From: Eledone cirrhosa
Lineage: Eukaryota
Assembly: GCA_964016885.1 (NCBI GenBank)
Contig: OZ024746.1
Coordinates: 61,566,001 to 61,630,000, forward strand
Reading direction: 5' to 3'
DNA length: 64,000 nucleotides
Positions 1-13,120 of this stretch are shown piece after piece (position 1 is the first letter of the stretch; every line of letters starts with the position of its first letter). The notes beneath the pieces were generated by a model. The model did no database searches, was not told where the DNA came from, and saw nothing but the letters and a program-made list of their open reading frames with translations. The position numbers and the translations under genes were made by a program.

Positions 1-1240
1 AGCATGTACCCATGGGAGGTCGGGTACCCTGTATTACTGCGTGACGCCAGAAGTCACGGTCGTGTGTCATTGACTTTGAGAGGTGTAGTTGGGTAAGGTC
101 GGCTTTTATCACCTCATCCCAAGTCATCTTGGGTCTCCCCACTCCGCGGTTTCCATCAACTTCTAGTGCTCTGCACCTTTTTATGCAGCTGTCATCCTTC
201 ATACGCATCACATGTCCATACCAGCGTAACCGCCTCTCCTGCACGCAGCATTTGATTCCTCTTATGCTCAGTCTCTCTCTCAATTCCTTTATGCTTTGTC
301 GTTCACGTATATTACTGTTACACATCCATCGGAGCATGCAGGCTTCGTTTCTCTCTAATCTACGTAAGTCTTCCACCTTCAGCGCCCAGGTCTCACTACC
401 ATGCAACATCGCTGTTCGGATACACGCATCATACAGTCTGCCTTTCATTCTGAGGGAGAAGCCTTTTGCAGCTAGCAGTGGTAGTAGTTCCCTAAACTTC
501 TTCCATCCCGTTCTTACCCTAGTTATTGTACTTTCTGAGCACCCACCTCCGTTGCTAATTCGGTCACCTAGGTAGCAGAAGCTGTCTACTGTTTCTACAG
601 GGCCCTCCCAGAGATTGGTGGTACTTGTTTCCTGTGGCTGTTTGCTTGCTGTTTCAGCACAGCTGCTGCATGTGAATCCTACATTCTTAATTAAGCTTCC
701 TGAGATCCCGCTACATCTCTTGTGTACCCATTGTTTGCATTTGGGGTAGAGAATGGAGTTCCTACCTACACCTTTCCTACATACTGAGCAAGGCCATTTC
801 CCTGAGGGGATCTGGGTTCTGTTTTCTCGTCTACTTACAAGGACCTTAGTCTTTGTCATGTTGACTTTGAGGCCCTTTCTCTCTAGTCCCTGCTTCCAGG
901 TTTGGAATTTATTCTCTAGTTCTACCATAGATTCAGCTATGAGTGCGAGGTCATCAGCATACAGGAGTTCCCATGGGCATCCGGTCTTAAACTCCTCCGT
1001 TATTGCCTGCAGGACTATGATGAACAGGAGAGGGCTAAGAACAGAGCCCTGGTGGACCCCAACCTGTACGCTAAATTCCTCGCTATACTCATTGCCAATC
1101 CTAACTTTGCTGACTGCTCCCCTATACATGGCTTGTACCGCTTTCACAAGCCATTCATCTACTCCTAGTTTTCTAAGAGCCCACCAGATTACTGCACGTG
1201 GAACTCTGTCAAAGGCTTTCTCAAGGTCGACAAATGCCAC
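1..1240 (-). mobile_element. RTE-clade LINE, 5'-truncated, open RT-to-C-terminus reading frame running off the window edge
   Basis: Manual - strand translation is open from 1240 to 1: FVDLEKAFDRVPR...GVHQGSVLSPLLF...WELLYADDLAL...FCYLGD...RRLRWYGHVMR...RGVGRPKMTW. These are RT motifs plus an RTE-type C-terminus. It is probably absent from the ORF track because there is no stop inside the window. Confidence 0.92.
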
Positions 1241-1705
1241 ATCACCAATACCTCACACTATGTACTATCATATATCTGTTACAACCACCTCTATTTCTCA
1301 CTACCATCACCAATACCTCACACTATGTACTATCATACACCTGTTATAACCACCTCTATTTCTCACTACCATCACCAACACCTCACACTATGTACTATCA
1401 TATATCTGTTACAACCACCTCTATTTCTCACTACCATCACCAATACCTCACACTATGTACTATCATATATCTGTTACAACCACCTCTATTTCTCACTACC
1501 ATCACCAACACCTCACACTATGTACTATCATATATCTGTTACAACCACCTCTATTTCTCACTACTATCACCAATACCTCACACTATGTACTATCATATAT
1601 CTGTTACAACCACCTCTATTTCTCACTACCATCACCAATACCTCACACTATGTACTATCATATATCTGTTACAACCACCTCTATTTCTCACTACCATCAC
1701 CAACA
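1240..1705. repeat. 65-bp minisatellite, ~7 copies
   Basis: Unit catcaccaatacctcacactatgtactatcatatatctgttacaaccacctctatttctcactac recurs at 1240, 1305, 1370 and onward. Confidence 0.95.
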
Positions 1706-4004
1706 CCACCACCACCTCACAATATGTACTATTATCATTACTCTTCACTATGAACACCACACCATCCCAACTATCACCACTTTCACCAAACACCAGCTCA
1801 GGAGAGCCTCTATGTGGTAATTTCATTTGCTAGAAATAAGTCCAATTCTCTCAATGTATTGCATTCAACCACCATAAAAACAGAACATGTTGGCTAATGT
1901 AGTCTAAAATATAGAAAAAGATATGATGGTTATGGCTGAAATCTCTTTGATCATACGTCTGCTCAGTCAGCTGACCTGGCGCTGATCTTCATCATCATCA
2001 TCAGTTTTTACATCTGCTTTTCTTTGAAGACATGGATACATTTATGCTCTGAGGAAGAAGAGAAGCACAATTTTATAGTCTAGAGATAAAACTGTTATTC
2101 TCTCTCTCTACAATTTGTATTTTTGCTATTCCAGAAAATCATTAGTTACCTCTTACTTTATTGTTTTACTAACCTGTAGCATCACCAACACCAACATTAC
2201 TAATATCACCAAGACTAGCATCAATGAGTCAATAAGGGAACCCCTATGAGATAAATTTGGCTGCTAAAAATAACAGCCAAATCTTCCTCAAATTGTACCC
2301 TGCGTTTTTGAAAAAGGACATCTCATTGGTTAATATAATGTAATCTTAGCTCTGCAGTGCCCAATGGAAACATGGGAGGATTATACAACTGTTGAGTCAG
2401 TATCTCTAAAACTTTACCACAAATGACACTATTGTTACTAACACTATTATCACTACACTAACACCAATTATCATTTAACTTCGGTATGGTGTAGCTTTTG
2501 AATACAGATTATTTTGTGGCCACTTACTACTGAGTTTTCTATTTAAGCAACTCACTCATTCTTGAGGTTAGAAATGTTGAAATCCAAACTCAGATTCATT
2601 ACAAGGATAATAATGTCAGAAATTTGGGTAAAATACCCTTAAAGACAAGTGAGTTACCTTATGGCTCTAGTCACTAAAGTTATTGTATATAAGTCGTAAT
2701 TTGGACAGAAATTCAAGAGATACAGAGTTAAATTCTTTGTAGTGGTTATTGACCACTGGTTTCCAACACTATTATCATTGTAGCAAATCTGTGTTTGGAT
2801 TTCAACATTTCTAATTTCAAGTCATCCAAATGCCTCAATAAATCATAAGATTTATTTACCTCCAACTCTATTCTTTAATTTGTTTCACTGAGTTATAACT
2901 GAAGTTCTTTCTTTCAACTGACTTTCTTTATTTTATAGATTCCTTCACAACATCATGCTGTACTGTATATGCATACCTTATGTTTGATGTTATGTAAGTG
3001 AAAATCCCACAGTCTATAGGTTTTCTTGTAGAAATATGCAGCAAATGCTGCTTCTGTGGTCAGAGACTGTTATGAAAATATTTAACTCAACTTCTGAGAT
3101 AGTTTATTATAAAAATAGTTGTGTATTGACCCAGTATTTATTAATCTATCAATGCATACTTTGTTAGTTTCTATGTCTAGTTCAACTCTATACATACTAG
3201 GTTTGCCTTTATTCTATCTTACATTTATTTCAACTATTTCTATCTCCTAGTTTTTATCAATAGTTTCCCATTTTGAATTACATGTTATACATTACTGTTG
3301 TTTAGCTCAGGTCAACCATGATTAAGCAAATTTATTATCAAACGGAGTTCAAATTGTGTTCAGCCTGTCTTGTTTTACATAGTATTTGGGACTGTGTTTT
3401 TTTAGATGGAAGAGTTTGATTTGAGGGAGATTTGGTTCCCATTTCTATTAGCTGATCCTTTATTGGATGTTTATGTGGAGGTGACACTTAACACTTTTCT
3501 TTTTTTAAGTAAGATATGAAACTAACTTTGAATTAACTTATATACATCATCGTTTTTATATCACCTTCCTCGTGCTAGCATGGGTTGTACAGGTCATTAT
3601 AGTTCAGATCAGATCATATTTGTAATTACTACTCTCCTAGCAGGGTTTACAGACCATGCCTCACTCATGTGTTACATTTTTGGCACAGTTTCTATGGCTG
3701 AATGCTTTTCTTGTGCCAACCACTTTACATAGTTTACTTAGTACATTTTGTCATGGCACTATCACTAGAAATGTCTAAGGCAAGACTAAAGCCTTCTTTC
3801 TACTCTATATCATTTTTGTTTGTTTGTTCTCTAGCATCAATGAAGTTGTTTTTCACCTGGCATGGCCATAGGGACAAAAGAGCGTTCCCTCTTCTTTGTG
3901 AGTCACAAGAGGGTAATAGAAGAGAACTAAAGTATTTGGAGTAAGAATATAATAGAAAAGAATGGAAGAGAGAGAGAGCTATATGACAGTTGTTGATAGA
4001 TCTC

Positions 4005-4280
4005 TATAAACTTTCTCCTCTCCATTCTTACTCTGGCAATTATGCTTCCAGAACACTCACCATCACTACTAGTTTAGTCACCTAGGTAACAAAATCTATC
4101 AACTACTTGTAAGTAGCTTTCCAAGCACTCAAAGAAATTTATTTCCTGTGCACTTTTACTGCTAAGTATACATGTGCATCTGCTACATATGTCGGCATAA
4201 TGTTGTATCAACATTATGCTGTGTGGTATTATTACCTTTCACATCTGTTTAGGTGTGACTCTTGAAATTACTCTTCATTA
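4005..4280 (-). mobile_element. Degenerate fragment of the same RTE-type LINE family
   Basis: gtcacctaggtaacaaaatctatcaactac reads VVDRFCYLGD on the - strand and aligns by eye with 495-595. Confidence 0.6.
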
Positions 4281-4294
4281 TATATGCCACAGTA

Positions 4295-4508
4295 GGGTGG
4301 TGGATTGGCAGTATCAGTAGAGAGTCGGACGCCATGCTTTGCAACATAGAATTACGGCCCTTTATGATCTGAGTTCAAATCCCACCAAGGTTAACTTTGC
4401 CTTTCATCCTTACGGGGTTGATAAAATAAGGTACCAGTAATATACTGGGTTGATTTAATTGACTTCCCCTCTCCCCAAATTACTGGCCTTGTGCCTATAT
4501 AAGAAACT
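4295..4508 (+). mobile_element. tRNA-derived SINE (family A, octopus OK/OR-like) with TSD
   Basis: A-box-like tggcagtatcagtag, B-box-like gagttcaaatccc, conserved cctttcatccttacgggg...aagtaccag body and ATT tail. TSD attatata(t/a)gccacagt at 4277 and 4509. Confidence 0.85.
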
Positions 4509-5825
4509 ATTATATAAGCCACAGTTGCCTTCATTCGCTTGCAATTTACTAGCTATCCAAGAGAAAATTCCTCTCTCATCTGCTTAACAGTCTTTTTAAG
4601 TTTTAACTCTTTTGATCCCAACCTATTCAAAATTGCCCCTGGTTCTATAGAACAAAAGCATCTATTTAAAAGGTTCCTATTGAAATTAAAATCTTCCAAC
4701 ATACTTTTTTATAAAAAATCTTTTTATGTTATGTTACAAATACCATTTTAATAATTGAAATCTTTTTAGTAAATCTCTTCAAATTTTTCATTGATCAATT
4801 CAAATATAGTGTGTTTTGTCAAAAATATGATATTGAAAGGTTTAAAGCTAAGCACCAGTTATCTCTCCCTGTGTTACTCTACAAAACATGAATGATTGTT
4901 AAATTGTTTATTGCTCAATTCGTTTTCTAAACACCACATGGGCATGAACATTAACTACAATAAGTTATATTTATAGCAGCGTTAGTGTATAGAGTCTTCA
5001 CTATATTGGATAGCATGTTCAGATACAGATACAAACTAGTATGAATTAAATAGTCTTTAAATAAGTATCATATAGAAAGACCTTGAAAGATTATAAGATT
5101 TCCACCATATTATCAGACCAACAAATCAAAAATACCATCAGAAGATGGCAGCTAAAAAATTTATAGAATATGTTAATAGAAACACTGCACTTCTCTTAGA
5201 TACATGAGGGGTTGGTGGGTGAGGGGCATTTGAAATGTAAATAAAAGGTTGACTTAAGAAGCACTGGGAAAAAATTTTAAATGTAATCTTCCCAACAAAA
5301 ATGACTATAATAAACATTAATTATTATTATAATCAATAGTTGAGAAAATCAGGTAAAGTACCCCTGGAAAAGGAAAACATGGACAGAGATGTTTGCGAGG
5401 AATCAAACACCTCATCTCAAGGATGCTGGGTGAGCATGTTAACCATTATGCTAAAGAGTCTCTGGTAATTGATTACTTACTGTCTTTTAGAAGATGTTAA
5501 GCCTGGAGCTAGAAGTATAAATATCCAATTTATTTAAGGATTGGGAAAATTATTTAAGCATTGGGAAAAATATGAAATGTCCTACAAACAATGCTTTTAT
5601 TATTACTATTATTATAGATATTTTCCAGAACAGATGTGACTGATGCATGTTACACTTAAAGAGTTATAAATTAATGAGGTGCCACTGAAATAGGATTCCA
5701 TGGAAAGTTTTCATATCCTCATGTAATTAATTAACCAAAGCTATCGTCTGTTTGATCAAAGTTTCATAATGAAAAGTAGAGAGTAGTTTAAATTTTAGAG
5801 AGCTGGATAATATGCCTCATAGTTC

Positions 5826-6042
5826 TTAACCCTTTAGTATTCACATTACTCTATATATACTATTATGTTTTCATGGTAAAGGCTTTACCTTGCATAATTA
5901 TCTCACATAATATAGAATCTATGAGTTTTGAAAGTATTTATTTTGAAAACAATACCTTAACATCAGTTTGAGCGACCGGTTACTGCCAGTTTCAACAGAA
6001 AGAGGTAGAGAATTCTGGCCGGTTTTAACATTAAAGGGTTAA
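5826..6042. mobile_element. piggyBac-type MITE (~220 bp)
   Basis: TTAA-CCCTTTAG...TTAAAGGG-TTAA ends; the body matches the other copies in the window. Confidence 0.8.
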
Positions 6043-7677
6043 TACAGTTCCAGGTATGGTTTGATAAAATAGTATCTGTAAATTGATGAGAAGAAGCCAC
6101 ATAATGCATTGTATTGTGAAGCCAACACAAACTTTAAATTATAATATATCCATGGTAGAATTTTAGTTGAGTATTGAAAGCCAGTAGTATACATGCAATG
6201 TTCCTTCTGTTTATAATAATAAGTTTTATCTAGTTAAAATATCTTTGTAAAGCTATCTGGCCTGGACATGCTCTTAGTTTAGTGTATTGACACAACAGTG
6301 TTAGTGATACAGACATTTTGGCCTTCAGACAGTTTTTTAGTATCTTATTAAAAACTGAAACTCTCTTCAGTAATATACAGGGGTCTTCATTTTTTTACAA
6401 AATAATTTGTGTATCCAAAAGTCTGTATCAAGCCTGGAGGCTCATTAGACTGGTGCTTATCTCAGTTTCCTTGACAATTGAGAGTACAAGACTCCTCCCT
6501 GGACAGGATGCCTGTCCATTGCTTTCACTACTTTGTGCACAGTGAAAATATGTTATAAGATGTGAAAGGAATGTGATTCTGGTTAGCATTGAAATAAATT
6601 GTAATGAAGGTGAACATGAATCTGACAGAGTTTGAGTTAAGGCAACTGAGGAAAATCACCGAGAATTAGTAACATGTTATCCTTAGGATAAATATGGCCC
6701 TCTTCTTGTTTATGTTTCTTTCTCAATTTCACGTGATGTTCAGTTTATATTACTTTGGTGAACTCTTTTTCCCCATTTTCTCATCAAAGTAAATGTTTAC
6801 CTCTAGCATCAGACCTTTTCCCATGTTAACACAGCTAACAAATATACATTGAAAACCTAACATTCTTCTCTGTCTGGAACATTTCTATCAGAATGTAAAT
6901 TGACTGTGATTGTGGGGTGGGGGTGGGGCTACAATATCATGGAAGGTAAAGCCTAATTTTTTAAAAAATTTTTGCTGGTTTGTTGGAACCTTGATCAGTG
7001 TAATGAATTCTATTGATTATTTATTGTGATTGTGTCTTAGATACAGTTCTGGTCAACCAAATTATCTGCCTCCAATAAAGAGTTAATTGGTGTGTGTGTC
7101 TGTGTGTATATGTTTGTCTGTATGTGGAGTTGATATCTACCAGTGGATTCCTGAAACTGGAGATTCTAGTGAAAATATCACATACTGCAGTGAAATCTTG
7201 TATACTGTTGGGAAAAGATGGAGCTTCAGTCCTGAAATGTCATATAAACCTATCCAAACTCACTAACTTATAATTTTTGCTGACATAGATGTCACCAGTT
7301 TCCTTGGGATCTGTTTTTTTTTCTCTTTTTTTCTTTTCTTTTCTTTTTACCTTTTGTAACTATAGAAATAAACAGTATCGCTATAATTTCAGTTACCACC
7401 CTGAGTTAATAACTCTCTCTCTCTCTCTTCATATATATATATATATATGTATATATTAGGTATAAACCGAAGTTGTAGCTGCCGCACGGCAAATACTATT
7501 CAATTTGTTTGAGGTAGTTACAAAGCACTCAATGGAGCGAAAAGTTAAAAAGCATTAAGGTCCAGAGTAAACAGAACAGTTGTGTGTGTGTAAAATTAAG
7601 GATGGTATCCCAAAGGGAATTTGGAAATAACCACAGTTAAAGAAGGTACTCAATACATTATTAGAGAATAAACATAT

Positions 7678-7787
7678 CTAGTTTATATAGAAATAACTTC
7701 TACAGGGTTAGAACTGTTTCATTCATATGATGGTTTCATATGAATGAAACAGTTCTAGTCATGTATAAGTTATTTCTATACAACTAT
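7678..7787. repeat. Imperfect palindrome, same family as 51130-51265
   Basis: tagaactgtttcattcatatga-tggtt-tcatatgaatgaaacagttcta core with extended arms. The flank 7625-7675 matches the reverse complement of 51270-51320. Confidence 0.8.
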
Positions 7788-8516
7788 ACACTCCTATACA
7801 TGGTTCCAAATTACTAATTCCTCTTTTTCTTGCAAAGCCAATATTGTCGTCATTTTATTTCTTGAATGATTTGAAGATAATATAAACTTTTATTTCCTAC
7901 TATACATTAACAATCTTGTGTAGAATTGATACACCAAATCCCTGCATATTGTAAGAGATACCTAAGAGTTGGTGTTGGGGAGGGTATCCAGCCATATTAT
8001 CTCAAAACAGATGCACCATGATGAGAATGAAGTTTTGTCATGGGGTCTGCAAGACTAGCTTCTGCTTTTGCAGAGAAAACAGCCTTGTTGCATGTATTCA
8101 CTATCCATTCACAGATCAGTATGTAGCAGTGACAAAACCAAACTCTTTTGTGATTATCTTGTTCTTGCATTAGGTTACTCCATTTACTCAGCATGTCCTT
8201 AAATTGTGTGTGTGTATGTAGTTGTGTGTGTGTGTGTGTGTGGTTGTGGTTGTGTGTGTGTCGTTGTTTGTATGTGTAATTGTGTGTTTGTGTATATATG
8301 GTTGTGTGTGTGTATGTACTGATATGCATGACACAGTAGTAGATAAATCACATATTGTTTGTGTTTATAATATTTTGGCTGCAGGTTTTGACCCATACAT
8401 AAGTTGCATGTTGCTTTTTGTAAATTCGTTTTTGCAGCTTTGATAGTGGTTTTCGTTTAAATAAAAAAAAAATGTTGAAATAATCTCGGTCATTGCTAAT
8501 GCAGTCTATCAAAGTC

Positions 8517-10678
8517 CCATAGATATCATATGGGATATGTGTTGCTATGATCTGTGCCCTAATGGTACCATAGATATCATAGCAATGTGTTGCTATGATC
8601 TGTGCCCTAATGGTACCATAGATATCATAGCAATGTGTTGCTATGATCTGTGCCCTAATGGTACCATAGATATCATAGCAATGTGTTGCTATGATCTGTG
8701 CCCTACCAGTACCATAGATATCATAGCAATGTGTTGCTATGATCTGTGCCCTAATGGTACCATAGATATCATAGCAATGTGTTGCTATGATCTGTGCCCT
8801 AATGGTACCATAGATATCATAGCAATGTGTTGCTATGATCTGTGCCCTACCAGTACCATAGATATCATAGCAATGTGTTGCTATGATCTGTGCCCTACCA
8901 GTACCATAGATATCATAGCAATGTGTTGCTATGATCTGTGCCCTACCAGTACCATAGATATCATAGCAATGTGTTGCTATGATCTGTGCCCTAATGGTAC
9001 CATAGATATCATAGCAATGTGTTGCTATGATCTGTGCCCTACCAGTACCATAGATATCTTAGCAATGTGTTGCTATGATCTGTGCCCTACCAGTACCATA
9101 GATATCATAGCAATATGTTGCTATGATCTGTGCCCTACCAGTACCATAGATATCATAGCAATGTGTTGCTATGATCTGTGCCCTACCAGTACCATAGATA
9201 TCATAGCAATGTGTTGCTATGATCTGTGCCCTACCAGTACCATAGATATCATAGCAATGTGTTGCTATGATCTGTGCCCTACCAGTACCATAGATATCAT
9301 AGCAATGTGTTGCTATGATCTGTGCCCTACCAGTACCATAGATATCATAGCAATGTGTTGCTATGATCTGTGCCCTAATGGTATCATAGATATCATAGCA
9401 ATGTGTTGCTATGATCTGTGCCCTACCGGTACTATAGATATCATAGCAATGTGTTGCTATGATCTGTGCCCTACCAGTACCATAGATATCATAGCAATGT
9501 GTTGCTATGATCTGTGCCCTAATGGTATCATAGATATCAGATATCATAGCAATGTGTTGCTATGATCTGTGCCCTAATGGTACCATAGATATCATAGCAA
9601 TGTGTTGCTATGATCTGTGCCCTAACAGTACCATAGATATCATAGCAATGTGTTGCTATGATCTGTGCCCTAACAGTACCATAGATATCATAGCAATGTG
9701 TTGCTATGATCTGTGCCCTACCAGTACCATAGATATCATAGCAATGTGTTGCTATGATCTGTGCCCTAATGGTACCATAGATATCATAGCAATGTGTTGC
9801 TATGATCTGTGCCCTACCGGTACCATATATATCATAGCAATGTGTTGCTATGATCTGTGCCCTAATGGTACCATAGATATCATAGCAATGTGTTGCTATG
9901 ATCTGTGCCCTACCGGTACCATAGATATCATAGCAATGTGTTGCTATGATCTGTGCCCTACCAGTACCATAGATATCATAGCAATGTGTTGCTATGATCT
10001 GTGCCCTACCGGTACCATAGATATCATAGCAATGTGTTGCTATGATCTGTGCCCTAATGGTACCATAGATATCATAGCAATGTGTTGCTATGATCTGTGC
10101 CCTAACAGTACCATAGATATCATAGCAATGTGTTGCTATGATCTGTGCCCTACCAGTACCATAGATATCATAGCAATGTGTTGCTATGATCTGTGCCCTA
10201 CCGGTACCATAGATATCATAGCAATGTGTTGCTATGATCTGTGCCCTACCGGTACTATAGATATCATAGCAATGTGCTGCTATGATCTGTGCCCTACCAG
10301 TACCATAGATATCATAGCAATGTGTTGCTATGATCTGTGCCCTACCAGTACCATAGATATCATAGCAATGTGTTGCTATGATCTGTGCCCTAATGGTACC
10401 ATAGATATCATAGCAATGTGTTGCTATGATCTGTGCCCTAATGGTACCATAGATATCATAGCAATGTGTTGCTATGATCTGTGCCCTAATGGTACCATAG
10501 ATATCATAGCAATGTGTTGCTATGATCTGTGCCCTACCAGTACCATAGATATCATAGCAATGTGTTACTATGATCTGTGCCCTACCGGTACTATAGATAT
10601 CATAGCAATGTGTTGCTATGATCTGTGCCGTACCAGTACCATAGATATATAGCAATGTGTTGCTATGATCTGTGCCCA
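8517..10678. repeat. 48-bp minisatellite, ~45 copies, with an internal hairpin in each unit
   Basis: Unit ccatagatatcatagcaatgtgttgctatgatctgtgcccta(atg/cca/ccg/aca)gta; a 7-bp duplication agatatc at 9532-9545 shifts the phase. Confidence 0.97.
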
Positions 10679-10919
10679 GTATCAACATATTAACTACTGC
10701 TACTTCTCATTCAATGACAATATATGTAACATTTGACATTAAGATTACAGATAGTCATTAGAGAACTGCGCATATGTTTCATACATCTAGAAAACATGTA
10801 TATATAATTTCATGAGACTGCATATCATCACAGACACATTTGCAAAATCAAGCTCTGTTTAAACAGTCATTTCACATGAGAATTAACTGAAAATTGTGTT
10901 CTTATTATTCTTTACTGAA

Positions 10920-11132
10920 GAGACTGGCAGAATTGGTAAAGTGTTGGACAAAATGCTTTGTTGCATTTAGTTACGGCTCGTTATGTTGTGAGTTCAAGTC
11001 CTGCCTAGGTCAACTTTACCTTTCATCCTTCCAGGAGACAATAAAATAAAATACCAGTCAAACACTGGGGTTCGATGTGATTGACTTATCACTCCTCTTA
11101 AAATTGCTTGCCTTGTTCCTAAATTAGAAATC
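10920..11132 (+). mobile_element. SINE family A, diverged copy
   Basis: tggcagaattggta...gagttcaagtcc...cctttcatcctt...ataccagtc...ttagaaatcatt. Confidence 0.7.
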
Positions 11133-12321
11133 ATTTTGGTTCTTTGTATTCTAAGTTCAAACCATATTATGACCTGCCTAGATTTTAGACTAAATCTGTT
11201 GCCTATTTTAATGTCACCACCTGCAAAGATAAACTCACCAACAATATAATTTTTTTACTTACACTGCAGAAATTTTTAATAGGCCATGAGAATATTAAAA
11301 TTTCTAAATGTTGACCTGTCCAACTGCATTAAAAAAACTTCCACTATTGTTGTTCTGAAGTTATCATCATTTCAACACCTTCTGTAATCTCATAAAAATG
11401 GTATTTTACTGTGTTGTTTGTTACTCAGAGAAATAACCTTAAGAATAGGTACAGAGTCTTTCTTTATAATTCTTTAAACAACTTTCTTTACAGTTGCTAT
11501 AATAATATCTTCTCCAATTGTGTGTACCATTCATTTTTTTGCTGTGTTAAGAGGCCTACATTTGTCTTTTAAATATGAGAGAGGGACTTTAGAAAAGACA
11601 TTAAAGTTGGACGTTTTCCAAACCCCAAAAATTGAAAATATTTGCTTTACTTATCTGAATGTCTCATCATCTCCAGGTGATCTTTTATCTTTGAGGCTTT
11701 CATTCCATCATTTCCATATTTCTTTTCACATAAAAAAAACACACTGATATTGTCTCATGAAAGAAATAAAACTAAATTTCAAATATTTCTGTGAATATTT
11801 CTGACACTTTTCCAATATATGGATGCCTTTTGACACACCAAATTGCTCATGTTATAATGAGTGATTTTTATTTCCATGAGTGGTTTACCTCTCAACACTG
11901 GTTTGTAGCAGCAGTTGATAGCAAATTGCAGAGTTTTTAGAGAATAGGACAACATTTTCTGAAATCTTACAAAGGTCAACATTGCCATTCAACCTTTTGG
12001 GATCAATAAAATAAAGTACCAGTCCAGAGCAGTTGATTGATAGAATTGTTAGTGCCGGACGAGATGCTTTGTGGTATTTTTCCAGTTCTTTGTGTTCTGA
12101 GTTCAAATCCTGCTGTGGCTTACTTGAGCGGCAGGTAGACTTAATCCATTGTCCAGTTTAATATCACCACCTGGCTTTTGGTTTGTAGACTAAATCTTTC
12201 ACCCAATTTAACATAGCTACCTGATCCTTGGGTGCCTTTAACAAAGTCCATTCTGTTGTGTCATGGGCACTGTATTTCCCTCCCAGACTAAAGGGATCAT
12301 CATCATCATCATCATCATCAT

Positions 12322-13120
12322 TTGCTCTCAATATACTCTTATAAACATACATGAAACTGGGGTTAATTTGATCTCAATATACTCTTATAAACATACATAT
12401 AAAACTGTGGTTAATTTGATCTCAATATACTCTTATAAACATACATATGAAACGGGTTTATTTGATCTCAATATACTCTTATAAACATACATATGAAACT
12501 GGGGTTAATTTGATCTCAACACACTCTTATAAACATACATATGAAACTGGGGTTAATTTGCTCTCAATATACTCTTATAAACATACATATGAAACAGGTT
12601 AATTTGATCTCTACACACTCTTATAAACATACATATGAAACTGGGGTTAATTTGATCTCTACACACTCTTATAAACATACATATGAAACGGGTTAATTTG
12701 CTCCCAATATACTCTTATAAACATACATATGAAACTGGGGTTAATTTGATCTCAATATACTCTTATAAACAAACATATGAAACTGGGGTTAATTTGATCT
12801 CAATATACTCTTATAAACATACATATGAAACTGGGGTTAATTTAATCTCAACACACTCTTATAAACATACATATGAAACTGGGGTTAATTTGATCTCAAT
12901 ATACTCTTATAAACATACATATGAAACTGGGGTTAATTTGATCTCAACAAACTCTTATAAACATACATATGAAACTGGGGTTAATTTGATCTCAATATAC
13001 TCTTATATACATACATATGAAACTGTGGTTAATTTGCTCTCAATATACTCTTATAAACATACATATGAAACTGGGGTTAATTTGCTCTCAATATACTCTT
13101 ATAAACATACATATAAAACT
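12322..13120. repeat. ~48-bp minisatellite, ~16 copies
   Basis: Unit aaactggggttaatttgatctcaatatactcttataaacatacatatg; follows a (CAT)n run. Confidence 0.95.

Noticed and set aside
129-1349. + strand ORFs of 148 and 198 aa
   Set aside because: They are antisense shadows of the - strand LINE frame.
7510-7530. let-7-like seed TGAGGTAG
   Set aside because: Only the first ~9 nt match and no precursor hairpin is evident.
8517-10688. CRISPR-like array, or Cys-rich repeat proteins (342, 366 and 383 aa ORFs)
   Set aside because: The units are contiguous with no unique spacers, there are no cas genes, and the context is eukaryotic. The ORFs arise because a stop-free 48-bp unit is a multiple of 3.
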